This document shows, one piece after another, positions 45,337 through 54,839 of a stretch of 64,000 nt of DNA (position 1 is its first letter; every line of letters begins with the position of its first letter). A program made the translations under genes and the position numbers. The notes under the pieces are model-generated. The model was not told where the DNA came from. It did not search any database and saw nothing but the letters and a program-made list of their open reading frames with translations. Origin of the DNA: a virus; the IMG/VR virus record IMGVR_UViG_3300046170_000433, positions 11,616-75,615 of that record; one strand, written 5' to 3'.

Positions 45337-47635
45337 TTATTGTGGTATCGGCTGTCCTTGCGGTGGAGGCGCACCTGCTGCTTGTGCAGCTTGCCCTGGG
45401 GGTAATGCTTGTTGTGGTGCTTCTCCTCCCCCAGGTAGTTGTGGTTGCCCACCTTGTTGACCACCTTGCATTTGTTGCATGATCATTTGGAGCATCTGTT
45501 CAAACTGTGGAATCTTCTCCTTCAATCCAGCAATGAACTGCTCGTCTTCCATAGATAAGTCTTCAGCCTCATCTTGTTCGTCCATCTGCAAATTAAGATC
45601 ATAACCTGCTCCTGACATACGGAAGATTTCGTTAAGTATACCAAATATCCTTTCCTTCCCTAAAGCTTGGGCTATTTCTTTCATGCCCAATACTTGTGAA
45701 AAGAGTTGTGTTAAGGTTTGCGCCGCCTGTGTGTCCCTTGACCTTTCTGATCCATCTCTTCCCGAGAATAAGTACTCGTGGATTAAGTTCCTTGGGCTTC
45801 CAATAATATTCCTACCCTTTGGATTCTCATCCTGATCACCAGTGTCTTCTATCTCTAGTCCAGCATCGGTAATTGTTTTAAGGGAGAACCTTTGTTTCAC
45901 AGGGACATTAAATTCTGTAGTGCTACAGCATACGAGATGCTCGTAGATCATCTTCTTGGCTGCAGCGCGCATCTCATCGATACCTTCTGAGATAAAAGCA
46001 TAAATTGTATTAGTCGTGTTAGCTATCTCACTAACCTCGGTTGCAGATATTTCTCTTTGTGCAGCTTGCCCTAACTCTTGTGGAGAAAGTATCATTAACT
46101 TCTCAACTAAGTTAAGTAATTGGAATAAGGAATTAAGTGACATACTAATGCCCTGAGCTAATTCCCTAGATACATCTACTACATTGATTATGTTTTTTGT
46201 ATCAATTCCTAAGTCTGCAGCTTTAGCTCCTGAGTAGAACATAGCTTTTGGTTTCTGATAGAAATTATCTTCTGCCAAGGATGCCTGTAAGTATTCCTTC
46301 ACATCTTCATCTAATGCATCCTGATCAATTGTCAGAATCTTAAACATAGATATTTTCATGTGATGAAGCATCGCATAAACGATGTTATTCATTTGATCCT
46401 GATAAGGCATTAAGTCATGAGCGAACGAGCAGTTAGCCATACGATCATCATTCTGATTTATACCACCATATATGGCAGGTATGGAAGGCATCCACTCGCC
46501 ATAGATAATTGTCTCATCAGATGCCACAACTAGTTTTAACCAGCAATCAAAAGGGTAATCCCCTAGCCCTTCGGCTTTAGGATTCAACTTCATGTAGATG
46601 GTAGATACGAACATTGCTTTGTCCTCATCCTCACCTGCATAGATTCCCTTGTTAGAAGTTCTGTCGTTGCCGAACGGAAACCAATCAGTCTTCTTAGGAA
46701 ATGCTAATACCGATCCATCAAAATAGTAATCGAAGAAGTCTTTGTATGCATTAACCAAACCATGTAATGAATTGGTGTACTCAACTTCTCCAAGATTCCA
46801 ATACCCAGGATTCTCACGTACATCTGAATATCGGACAATATCCCAATACCCTAACCAATTCGGCCCGAGATTTGTATTCACTGCAGCTAACGGAGCAGAG
46901 TTGTCCCAGAATGTTCTAGTGGGATGTGGACTAATAAAATGTATACCTTCTTTCTCCACAAATGACTCCATGCCGTCAGGGGATTCCCTCCAGTGGACTT
47001 CTCTAGTCCATGGCTCAGATGGGAACATGAGAGAGTATCCATACATAAACATATGCCGGATAGACTGCTCAAACTGATGTCTGTATCCGAACTGCTCAGC
47101 CATCATTTCAACACGTTGTGACAATACTTCTGCCCTAATCTTAGAAGGAATGTCAGTACCTCTTGCCTCATACTTAAAGTATGGAAAGAGATTAGAAAAC
47201 CTAGAGGTCTGTGCCGCAACTCTTCGAGTTACATAAGAACGTATTAAAGATACTGAAACCTCATACAAACGCATAAGGTTAATATCTTTGATATCACCCT
47301 CATCATCATACTCTACGAACTTATCTTTCAGCTCAGGATCTATACCCTCTAGCTTTTGCTCACATTGTTGGATATTGATTTTTCCTTGAGCATATTGAAG
47401 CAAGGGAATCGTAAACTTATTTATTGGTAGGCTGTCCCAAGCCAAGTCCACCGAGAGATACAAGGAGTGATTCTTGCATGAGTGATATATTCCCCTCGTG
47501 GACTCGACTTCGGACTAAATCTGTTAAGCGTTCCTTAATCTTCCAATTCTTGGAATCGCTTTTCTTACAACAAAATACTTCTCTAAGTCTCGCTTGGGTC
47601 GTTCCCGTCTTCTCTAGTATGTCTGGATGAACCAT
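45337..47635 (-). CDS. probable portal protein; frameshift near 47490
   Basis: ~765 aa downstream of terminase; DLMPYQDQMN and ISATEV motifs; Gln/Pro-rich tail. Confidence 0.75.
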
Positions 47636-48026
47636 AAAAATCGAATAAGTTAGGGACGGAATCTGTTACGAAGTCTCCCATATATGTCTGTTCTAAGACG
47701 GTTAATAAAAGTGCGCAGGGTCCTGATATGCTTCCACGGAGATAACATGCCTTGAAGGCAGACATAGTAGTGTTTAATAAGGCAACTAACTCTTTCTCTG
47801 ACATTCTTAGATAGCCCAATAATCTTTGTACTCGATTCCTGTCCCATATGTCGTTAACTCCGACGTGCCTGTAGTGATTTGTTATTAGAAGGGAAGCTGG
47901 AGAATAATCATTCTTCCTCAGCTTCTTCCTCTTCGTACTCCTCATCTTCGTCTCCATCTTCATCTTCCTCATAATCCTCGTCCTCTTCGAAGTCACCTGC
48001 CTCTTCCTCGACATTAACATCATCAT
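47583..48026 (-). CDS. hypothetical protein, possible HTH (start uncertain)
   Basis: RVQRLLGYLRMSEKELVALLN...ISGPCALLL resembles an XRE-like helix pattern. Confidence 0.5.
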   Translation of the reverse strand: MMMLMSRKRQVTSKRTRIMRKMKMETKMRSTKRKKLRKNDYSPASLLITNHYRHVGVNDIWDRNRVQRLLGYLRMSEKELVALLNTTMSAFKACYLRGSISGPCALLLTVLEQTYMGDFVTDSVPNLFDFYGSSRHTREDGNDPSET

Positions 48027-48177
48027 GAACCATGTCTACGGTTGCACTTAATCGTTCATCATCAAGTTCAGAAACAGTTACCTCTATAGTAAGTTTTATC
48101 TTATCCCCTGCGTTGATGCCTTCAAAAAGCTCGGCAACCTCTTCATCGCCCAGCGAGAGTTGTAACAAGTCTTGCAT
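47908..48177 (-). CDS. very acidic small protein
   Basis: Start MQDLLQ at 48177; Asp/Glu tail. Confidence 0.6.
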   Translation of the reverse strand: MQDLLQLSLGDEEVAELFEGINAGDKIKLTIEVTVSELDDERLSATVDMVHDDVNVEEEAGDFEEDEDYEEDEDGDEDEEYEEEEAEEE

Positions 48178-48185
48178 AATACTTT

Positions 48186-48209
48186 TGTAACCCAAAAGAT
48201 TAGGTTACT
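48186..48209. promoter_or_regulatory. 24-bp palindrome upstream of the pre-portal genes
   Basis: TGTAACCCA-AAAGAT-TAGGTTACT; ATG at 48177. Confidence 0.72.
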
Positions 48210-49747
48210 CAAGCATTTATTTCAATAATGCTAGCAGTCTTAACGTTGGCATACGGTGTACCTGACTTTACATCGTAATACATAATAGGATAAGTAAGAG
48301 CATCGAATGCATGAATATAAACACTCCTCTTTGGTTTAAGACCTAAATTTGGGTCATATTTGCCATCTTTTTGCTTTTCAGAGGAAAGATGCCTAATGCT
48401 CTTCAAGACATCAGTACACTGGGCAGATACTATAATTTCTTCCTGTACTAGCTTTGCAATCATCAACCTCACCCTACCCTCAACTGAGCCTTGAAACTTT
48501 GGTGCAGCTTTCATACGAATAGGCTCTAGATCAAAATGATCGCACTTTTGCTTGGATATCTCCTCAAAGTCTCTGACATCATAGGATCCTGTCTTTGCCC
48601 TATATTGATTGAACGCACTATTATCTGAGATATGTACAAATTTTAGCTTTTGGCCGACATGATCATTCCAATACTTCATCTTTCGATAGATCAAAGGAAT
48701 TAAAGTAGTATAAGGAACTTTCTTATTTATTGTTACTAGTTCATCGAATACCGTCCATACCGACTTCTCTTTGCCTATGAGGCATTGCAAAAAGATCATA
48801 GCATTATTTACTGCCCCTGGGTCATATCCAATAATGACTGGGAAGTCTGGATTGGGAACTATACCTCTTTTGGCGTCCCCGACCACATGAAGAGGTTTTG
48901 AGAAGTACGGAGCTAATATAGCGTCGCCCGATGGTCTATCTACCCACTCCCCCTCGAGCATTCGTTTTGCTTCAATGGGGTCATTGGAGACAGCCTCCAT
49001 CACTCTGTCATAATATCCTTCAGGTAAGTTATCTACATTCTCGGCAATCCTTACATGCACTACATGATAATCTTTATTGTAATTACCATCTTCATCTAGG
49101 GGATTTTCGAAAAATCTTTTATACACCCAGTGGGATGGCCCACTCGGATTGCAAGCAGCGCAATATTGCTGACAGCCCTCGATTCCCTGCCTTCTACCTA
49201 ACTGCTGAACTATTGCCTCGAAGTAAGCTGGAGACTCCAAGTTCGTCAGCTCATCTACAAATACATAGCTTGGTTCAAATCCCTTTATTCGGTCAGACAA
49301 TATATTTCCAAACGGAGCAGACATGAGGCTGATCCTAGACCAACCACCATATCGGTTTTGCACATCAATATACGGAGCTTTCTGTAAGTCCATTTTCTCA
49401 TCCGTATGCTCAAGACCAAGACCTTCTTTCCACTCGGGTAATATCTCGGTCTGCAATTTGTGCCAAACACCACCTTGAGTTGCTTGTGACTTAATTCCCA
49501 CAACAATCAAACAAAGTGCGTTAAAATTCTCATAAGCATGACGAACAAGTTTATGTCCACCCAACACAAAAGTCTTACCCGATGCCCTTTCCCCATAGGC
49601 TAGAATGTATTTAGAAGTACTCTCGAATAGTTCCTGCTGGCTACCCGATAGACTCGGTGACCAAGGTTCTACATCTACATCTACCTCTTCTTCTTCATCG
49701 AATGCATCGATGAAAGCTTTTGGATCAATCTTCTTTAGCCTCGGCAT
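48209..49747 (-). CDS. terL: terminase large subunit
   Basis: Walker A GERASGKT, Walker B VFVDE, CNPSGPSHWVYKRF, nuclease IGYDPG and HAFDALTY. Confidence 0.92.
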   Translation of the reverse strand: MPRLKKIDPKAFIDAFDEEEEVDVDVEPWSPSLSGSQQELFESTSKYILAYGERASGKTFVLGGHKLVRHAYENFNALCLIVVGIKSQATQGGVWHKLQTEILPEWKEGLGLEHTDEKMDLQKAPYIDVQNRYGGWSRISLMSAPFGNILSDRIKGFEPSYVFVDELTNLESPAYFEAIVQQLGRRQGIEGCQQYCAACNPSGPSHWVYKRFFENPLDEDGNYNKDYHVVHVRIAENVDNLPEGYYDRVMEAVSNDPIEAKRMLEGEWVDRPSGDAILAPYFSKPLHVVGDAKRGIVPNPDFPVIIGYDPGAVNNAMIFLQCLIGKEKSVWTVFDELVTINKKVPYTTLIPLIYRKMKYWNDHVGQKLKFVHISDNSAFNQYRAKTGSYDVRDFEEISKQKCDHFDLEPIRMKAAPKFQGSVEGRVRLMIAKLVQEEIIVSAQCTDVLKSIRHLSSEKQKDGKYDPNLGLKPKRSVYIHAFDALTYPIMYYDVKSGTPYANVKTASIIEINA

Positions 49748-50393
49748 TTGACATCTCCTTGAGCGGTCGGAAGCCAGGCTTCCTCTTGTCTTGCTTCTTA
49801 TCTTTATCACTCATCTTGATCATCAAATCTAGCCCATGCAGTAACCTATCGTAGAACTTACCTTGTTGCTCGGTTGCTTGGAGAAATAACTTTGTCTTAA
49901 GTATTTCCTCCTCAGGATCCAACGAGCCTCCTGATATATCGTCTCTCAACTTCTCTCCAACCTCAAACAGAGCCATGTTTTGACGAATTGCTATCTTTTG
50001 AGTTACCTCTAAGGCATTGGACATTAAACGTCCTATACCACCTTTCAGGTTATCAAATACTTTTAGTTTCTCAATATTGGCAGGGTTTTTTAGCATTCCC
50101 TCAATATCGTTCATGAAAACTTCTTTTCCGTTGGCTTTTAATGCACCAAGAAATTCTTTGTGGCTTGGAGCTTCCGGCGGTTCCGACCTAGCCATCAGTT
50201 CAACTTCAGTTGGCGCGTGACCTTGTTCGCCAGCTACTTGCCATAATGCTTTAAGCTTCGGATCACGCCTAACTTTCTCACGCAAATTATGCTCTGCAAT
50301 ACCTAATTCCTCTGCAGCTGTTCCGTAGTTACCATCATGCTTGCGCATGAGAGTGGCTAACTCATCAGTACTATACTTTCGACGTCGCGGCAT
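49725..50393 (-). CDS. probable terminase small subunit (N-terminal Fis-like HTH)
   Basis: GNYGTAAEELGI..NLREKV; directly upstream of terL. Confidence 0.6.
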   Translation of the reverse strand: MPRRRKYSTDELATLMRKHDGNYGTAAEELGIAEHNLREKVRRDPKLKALWQVAGEQGHAPTEVELMARSEPPEAPSHKEFLGALKANGKEVFMNDIEGMLKNPANIEKLKVFDNLKGGIGRLMSNALEVTQKIAIRQNMALFEVGEKLRDDISGGSLDPEEEILKTKLFLQATEQQGKFYDRLLHGLDLMIKMSDKDKKQDKRKPGFRPLKEMSNAEAKED

Positions 50394-50766
50394 TTCTAAA
50401 AAATGACATTAACATTGGCTTGTATTTCTTCACCCAATCAGGGCTAGACCTAAGATAAGCAAAGCTACCGTTTGAGGCTAATGCATATGCTGAATTTCTT
50501 ACCTGCCAATCAAACAGATCAAAGTTACATCCCTGACAGAACCTTTTAGCTTCACCAACTTCAATATCATCCCAGTTGTGCCGTTCGCTAAGTAATTTAA
50601 CCTTATCAATATCTAGCTCAGAGTTTATAGCTATTTCCTCATCAGAAAGCACTCTTACCGCACTGGTCTTTCCATTCTCATTTAGAATCCTTTCCCTAGC
50701 CAAAAGCCTAACGAATATAGGCGGAAACTCATCAAATACTGCCCAACCTTTACGAATCTTCCTCAT
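50371..50766 (-). CDS. hypothetical protein
   Basis: 131-aa ORF coupled to neighbours. Confidence 0.65.
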   Translation of the reverse strand: MRKIRKGWAVFDEFPPIFVRLLARERILNENGKTSAVRVLSDEEIAINSELDIDKVKLLSERHNWDDIEVGEAKRFCQGCNFDLFDWQVRNSAYALASNGSFAYLRSSPDWVKKYKPMLMSFFRNAATSKV

Positions 50767-50965
50767 TACTTTTCTCCACTAATCTACATATTTTTGCATG
50801 AATAGGCTTGAGTTTCTTATATTCTCCTGATGGGTCTTTCATGTCACCCAAGCAACCTATCGAACTAATTTCACCAGTATCAGCTTTAAAACCCACTAAT
50901 AAAAATGTTGAGTAGTACTCCTTCAGCATCGGCTCAACGTTATTTAAAATCTCTTCATCCTTCAC
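50750..50965 (-). CDS. hypothetical protein
   Basis: 71-aa ORF with GTG start. Confidence 0.55.
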   Translation of the reverse strand: MKDEEILNNVEPMLKEYYSTFLLVGFKADTGEISSIGCLGDMKDPSGEYKKLKPIHAKICRLVEKSNEEDS

Positions 50966-51003
50966 GACTTTTAACTATGAATCACTCTCTGTGATTCTTC
51001 AAG

Positions 51004-51027
51004 TGTAAACATAAATATTAGGTAACA
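51004..51027. promoter_or_regulatory. 24-bp palindrome immediately before the integrase 2 ATG
   Basis: TGTAAACAT-AAATAT-TAGGTAACA then ATG at 51028. Confidence 0.6.
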
Positions 51028-51948
51028 ATGATCAAAAAAATACTTAAAACATTGACTAACAAGGCGTTACCAGGCATGCATGACACGCATGAGGTCGGCA
51101 GTTCGAATCTGCCATCTCCCACCAAGCCTAACTTAGTATCAGAGAATGACTTAGGGAGGCTTCCTGCACCTGACAAAGCTCACCGCATGTACCAGCATGC
51201 ATGCGCTCAACGCAACTTGCGGAAGACTTCTTTAGTGACCATGCGACAGCGAGTTTCTGCCTTTATCGCATGGATTGGCGATAAAAAGTTAGATGAAATA
51301 TCTCGGAGGGATGTGAAAACTTTTGCTGAATCTTTCCCAGGGCGATGGTCAAGAATCGGTCATCGCAATGATGTTTGCGTATTTTTGAATTGGTGTGGGC
51401 AAATGGGTTGGATCGAAGAGGGTCAATTTTACAAAATTAAGCTCATGGAAGTTTTACAAGATGAGAATCCGATTGATATTTTGTCAGTAGAACAAGCTGA
51501 GAAACTGCTAAATGTCATGCCTGATCGATTCAAAGCTCGAACTGCGTTGCAGTTATTTGCAGGAATCCGACCCTATGAATCCTTGAAAATCCAAAGTAAG
51601 GATTTAGATTTGCAAGGAAAAAAGCTGTATTTGCTTGGCGAATATTCAAAGCTTAGGCGCACAAGAGTGCTTCATGATTTGCCTCCAAACCTAATAAAAT
51701 GGCTAAAGAAATATCCATTACCAAACGCCTCTTACAATGCTTACAGATTGGCTCGCAGAAGATATTTTGGAAACATTGCACATGATGCCATGAGACACAC
51801 ATTTTGCACCTATGCTTACTTCAAAATGGGTATGGAAATGACCATGCGATACACTGGGCATTCCAATTATAAAACTTTCCATCGCCACTATTGCGAATCT
51901 TCTGCAAATGCAAAAGATGCTGAAAAATACTTCCGGCTAATCCCGTAG
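51028..51948 (+). CDS. int: tyrosine integrase 2 (attP-associated)
   Basis: AGIRPYE, YSKLRR, HDAMRHTF, GHS...HRHY catalytic set. Confidence 0.92.
   Translation: MIKKILKTLTNKALPGMHDTHEVGSSNLPSPTKPNLVSENDLGRLPAPDKAHRMYQHACAQRNLRKTSLVTMRQRVSAFIAWIGDKKLDEISRRDVKTFAESFPGRWSRIGHRNDVCVFLNWCGQMGWIEEGQFYKIKLMEVLQDENPIDILSVEQAEKLLNVMPDRFKARTALQLFAGIRPYESLKIQSKDLDLQGKKLYLLGEYSKLRRTRVLHDLPPNLIKWLKKYPLPNASYNAYRLARRRYFGNIAHDAMRHTFCTYAYFKMGMEMTMRYTGHSNYKTFHRHYCESSANAKDAEKYFRLIP
51075..51124 (+). other. attP core: 3' half of tRNA-Val(GAC)
   Basis: Anticodon arm CATGC-ATGACAC-GCATG, variable loop AGGTC, T arm GGCAG-TTCGAAT-CTGCC, acceptor 3' strand ATCTCCC-ACCA; no D arm or 5' acceptor strand upstream. Confidence 0.88.
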
Positions 51949-52049
51949 CCTGATACGTGCAGACTACGGCAGATAACGTAGTTTCAACGTGTAAGCCCAA
52001 TTTTCTGTTTTTAAAACCCTAGTTTTTATGCGGTTTTCAGCCGATTCTG

Positions 52050-52200
52050 GAACCATTAAGGGGGGGACTATAGGGGGGGATTAAGGAGGCTAAGAAGCAT
52101 AGATATAAAGTATAGCTTATTTCTTAGGAATAAAACCATACATACAAGGGAAAGGATTGTTAAGGAGAGGGATATTATTTTACCCCCCTATGGTTAACCC
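52050..52200. other. G-tract/inverted-repeat non-coding element, possible replication origin
   Basis: G7-ACTATA-G7; second copy AAGGGAAAGGATTGTTAAGGAGAGGG; ATAGGGGGG/CCCCCCTAT and CTAAGAA/TTCTTAG inverted repeats. Confidence 0.4.
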
Positions 52201-52674
52201 TCAGCGACCTGCCCACTTCAGATCAAGGTGATTGACACCTCCTATCGGGTTGGGTTTCAATGGTGGTGGTGGCGGAGGGGGCTTAACCCAATCCTGCACT
52301 TTCTCATCCCAATTCAGTCCGTGGAACTCTTTGAGGTGAACATATGCTCGTTCTCTTTTGTGGGCATTCCATGCAACTGAATCTACCCGCATTTGATTAT
52401 ACTTGTCATTACCTGTAAGGAGCAACTGATCAATACTAGATTCGTGACTGAGTAGCCAATGAGTCATGAACAGTACGCTTGTGACTGCCAGAACTGCTAG
52501 TAAGGTTGCTAGCCATGCCAAAACCTGAATTGTCTTGGTCATGCGAATTACTTTCTCCGTTAGATCGTGAATATCTGATATTTTTTGTCCATCTATTGAA
52601 ACGCCAGTAATGGTCTGCTCGAACTCAACTTCTTGATTTTCTTTCGCAAACTCGATGATCAAGTTTTTACTCAT
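52201..52674 (-). CDS. single-TM membrane protein with poly-Pro tail (possible lysogeny/exclusion gene)
   Basis: TAATG coupling at 52674; IQVLAWLATLLAVLAVTSVLFM; PPPPPPP. Confidence 0.6.
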   Translation of the reverse strand: MSKNLIIEFAKENQEVEFEQTITGVSIDGQKISDIHDLTEKVIRMTKTIQVLAWLATLLAVLAVTSVLFMTHWLLSHESSIDQLLLTGNDKYNQMRVDSVAWNAHKRERAYVHLKEFHGLNWDEKVQDWVKPPPPPPPLKPNPIGGVNHLDLKWAGR

Positions 52675-52898
52675 TATAATTTTTCGCCTTTCTTGAAGTC
52701 TAGTGAAAAGCGTTGTACGGCAATCCACTTGGGGGTTTTAATTTCTTTTTCTTTTAACATCTCTAATGCTGATTCTATCGCATTCTGAGCAAAGTTATTA
52801 ACTGGAATACCTCCGAGCTTTTCACACATAGATAGAATTTCATCGTATGTTTCAGGCTTCACTCTAATGCCTATTGATTTTTCTGTGGTTTTATTCAT
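52674..52898 (-). CDS. ribbon-helix-helix-like regulator (repressor position)
   Basis: KSIGIRVKPETYDEI..MCEKLG..VNNFAQNAI; divergent from the early operon. Confidence 0.6.
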   Translation of the reverse strand: MNKTTEKSIGIRVKPETYDEILSMCEKLGGIPVNNFAQNAIESALEMLKEKEIKTPKWIAVQRFSLDFKKGEKL

Positions 52899-52936
52899 CG
52901 GTATTCCTCGATTTGGGCAAGCTGTGCATTTAACAT

Positions 52937-53056
52937 TTTCCTACAAAAACATAAAAAAATTATCAAGGTCAATACTTTATTTCACTTTTTTTCACTTGTT
53001 TTAGTGGTTTGCTAAATTATTTTGCATTTTGCTAATTTTTTTCTTTTTTTAGGAAA
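52937..53056. promoter_or_regulatory. divergent promoter/operator region with ~35-bp imperfect inverted repeat
   Basis: TTTCCTACAAAAACATAAAAAAATTATCAAGGTCAA versus TTGCATTTTGCTAATTTTTTTCTTTTTTTAGGAAA. Confidence 0.55.
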
Positions 53057-53080
53057 CGATATCCGCTAAAGATGTAAACC

Positions 53081-53293
53081 ATGAGTGAAAAAGTGTGTGG
53101 AAAACAGGTGAGATTGGCCGAAACTCTGAGTCTTAGCGAAGCAGCTAGGATTTTGAAGTTCGACTCATTCCGTTCTGTAAACGAACTGATTAAGGCAAAA
53201 AAGCTTCGTGCTTTCAAAACGCCTTTCAGCAGAAATAAACGCGTCCTCAAGTCAGAGATTGAGGCATTAACCGTAATGGAAGAAATTATATGA
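53081..53293 (+). CDS. excisionase-like HTH protein
   Basis: LSLSEAARIL...SVNELIKAKKLRAFK...RVLKSEI. Confidence 0.75.
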   Translation: MSEKVCGKQVRLAETLSLSEAARILKFDSFRSVNELIKAKKLRAFKTPFSRNKRVLKSEIEALTVMEEII

Positions 53294-53766
53294 GTGATAT
53301 TGAGACTAAACTAAAAAATCCTTTTCCAGCCAATGCAGTCCATTGGCGAGTCGGATCGACAACCAAAGATAAATCTAAGGGAACTGCCCTAGCCTACCTT
53401 AATGCTAGAGATGTCATGAAACGTCTTGACGAGGTTATTGGAATGGAAAACTGGAAAGACTGCTATGCAGAAACTGCTAGTGGAAGATTAATTTGTACCC
53501 TTAAAGTTCGAATCGATGGTGAATGGATTGGGAAAACCGATGGTGCGGGTGACACCAACGTCGAAGGTGAAAAGGGTGCTATTTCAGATGCGTTCAAAAG
53601 AGCAGCAGTTAAATGGGGAATCGGAAGATACCTTTATTATTTGCCAGCAAAATGGGTTGAAATTGATCAGTATCGCAAGATAAAGAATCCACCTCAGTTG
53701 CCTAAGTGGGCTTTACCAAAAGACATCTCAGGTGAGAAAAGCGCAAACTTAGAAGGATGGCAGTAA
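53290..53766 (+). CDS. sak: Rad52/Rad22-family (Sak) single-strand annealing protein
   Basis: LAYLNARDVMKRLDEVIG..NW; EKGAISDAFKRAAVKWGIGRYLY. Confidence 0.9.
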   Translation: MSDIETKLKNPFPANAVHWRVGSTTKDKSKGTALAYLNARDVMKRLDEVIGMENWKDCYAETASGRLICTLKVRIDGEWIGKTDGAGDTNVEGEKGAISDAFKRAAVKWGIGRYLYYLPAKWVEIDQYRKIKNPPQLPKWALPKDISGEKSANLEGWQ

Positions 53767-54839
53767 AAAGAGACGAGCGAGCATGGAACGGCGTTACCAA
53801 AATGTCTGGTAGCTCCGTTTATGAAAATATGCTCTGCCTTGCGAGATTCAAGGCATCCCAGAAGTTTAAGGATTACGACACTTCCGATGCTTCCGCAGGA
53901 ACTCAACTTCATTCCTACATGGAAGACGGAGTGCCTCTTGATGAAATCATTGATAACAACGAGCGTTTCATCATACAGGAATGCCGTAGAATGGAAGACA
54001 TTGTAACCAAGAAATTTGGGTTAAAGGGTAGTGTTAGTCGCGAGCCTAGGTTGTGGCTCAAGGACGAAAAGGATGAGTTGGGCATCCTCTCTGGTCAGAT
54101 CGATAGGCTCGAGATTGACGGAGAGGATGCCTCCATTCTTGACTACAAAATGCTGTATGGCAATTACGAGGAGGCTCATCGGAATAAACAGCTTCAAGTG
54201 TATGCCATGCTCGTATTTGAGAATTATCCCGAAGTTCAACAGATTCAGCTAGCGTTGCTACAACCTGCCCTTGGTAAATGCACCACAGGTATAATGCATC
54301 GTGACTTAGGAATAATCCTCAAGGGATTGATAAGGGAGTTATCTATTAAAGTAGAAGACGAAGAAGCAGAGGAAACTGCCGGCCCTAAACAATGTAAATA
54401 CTGCAAAGCGTTGGCTCACTGTCCAACAGCTTTCGAATACTTAAAAAATGAAACTAAAGAGATTGATATGGATAATATTTCAAATGACGAATTGGCTGAA
54501 AAGATGGGGCTTGTTGGCCTTATCGAACGTTTCGGCAAAAGTGTTAAATCTGCTACTAAGAGCCGTCTTGAAGCTGGGGTTGATGTTCCTGGATATAAGC
54601 TTAGGAACACTGGATCAACTACTTCCTTTGATGCTGCAGGTGCGGCAGAAATTCTATTTGGCTCGAATTTGCCTGTTAAGGAATTTCTACAAGCAGTCAA
54701 AATTAGCGAACCCGACTTGGTTACCATCTGGGCGGAATTTACGAAACAGGGAAAGGCTCAAGCTCGCAAAGACCTACGTCAGCGCCTTGAGCAGGTAATG
54801 TTTCAGAAAGCAAAAGCTAAGTCAGTAACAGCAGAATGA
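53757..54839 (+). CDS. PD-(D/E)XK Cas4-like exonuclease
   Basis: GTQLH, GQIDRL, ILDYK, QLQVYA, CKYCKA...CP. Confidence 0.85.
   Translation: MAVKRDERAWNGVTKMSGSSVYENMLCLARFKASQKFKDYDTSDASAGTQLHSYMEDGVPLDEIIDNNERFIIQECRRMEDIVTKKFGLKGSVSREPRLWLKDEKDELGILSGQIDRLEIDGEDASILDYKMLYGNYEEAHRNKQLQVYAMLVFENYPEVQQIQLALLQPALGKCTTGIMHRDLGIILKGLIRELSIKVEDEEAEETAGPKQCKYCKALAHCPTAFEYLKNETKEIDMDNISNDELAEKMGLVGLIERFGKSVKSATKSRLEAGVDVPGYKLRNTGSTTSFDAAGAAEILFGSNLPVKEFLQAVKISEPDLVTIWAEFTKQGKAQARKDLRQRLEQVMFQKAKAKSVTAE
54002..54025. promoter_or_regulatory. intragenic 24-bp palindrome
   Basis: TGTAACCAA-GAAATT-TGGGTTAAA. Confidence 0.55.

Noticed and set aside
7320-47635. Stop-codon reassignment or programmed readthrough explaining the fragmented genes
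   Set aside because: Continuations are mostly in different frames (indels), not across a single in-frame stop type; all three stops end intact genes
16800-49860. Isolated half-sites of the palindrome (~16800, ~25663, ~30213, ~49840)
   Set aside because: No matching second arm at 6-bp spacing; expected by chance
7423-50782. Numerous short + strand ORFs antisense to the structural operon, including Ser-rich 13579-14025
   Set aside because: They are shadows of the real minus-strand genes with no independent signals
51075-51124. Functional phage tRNA-Val gene
   Set aside because: D arm and 5' acceptor strand (expected GGGAGAT) are absent; only the 3' half is present, as expected for attP
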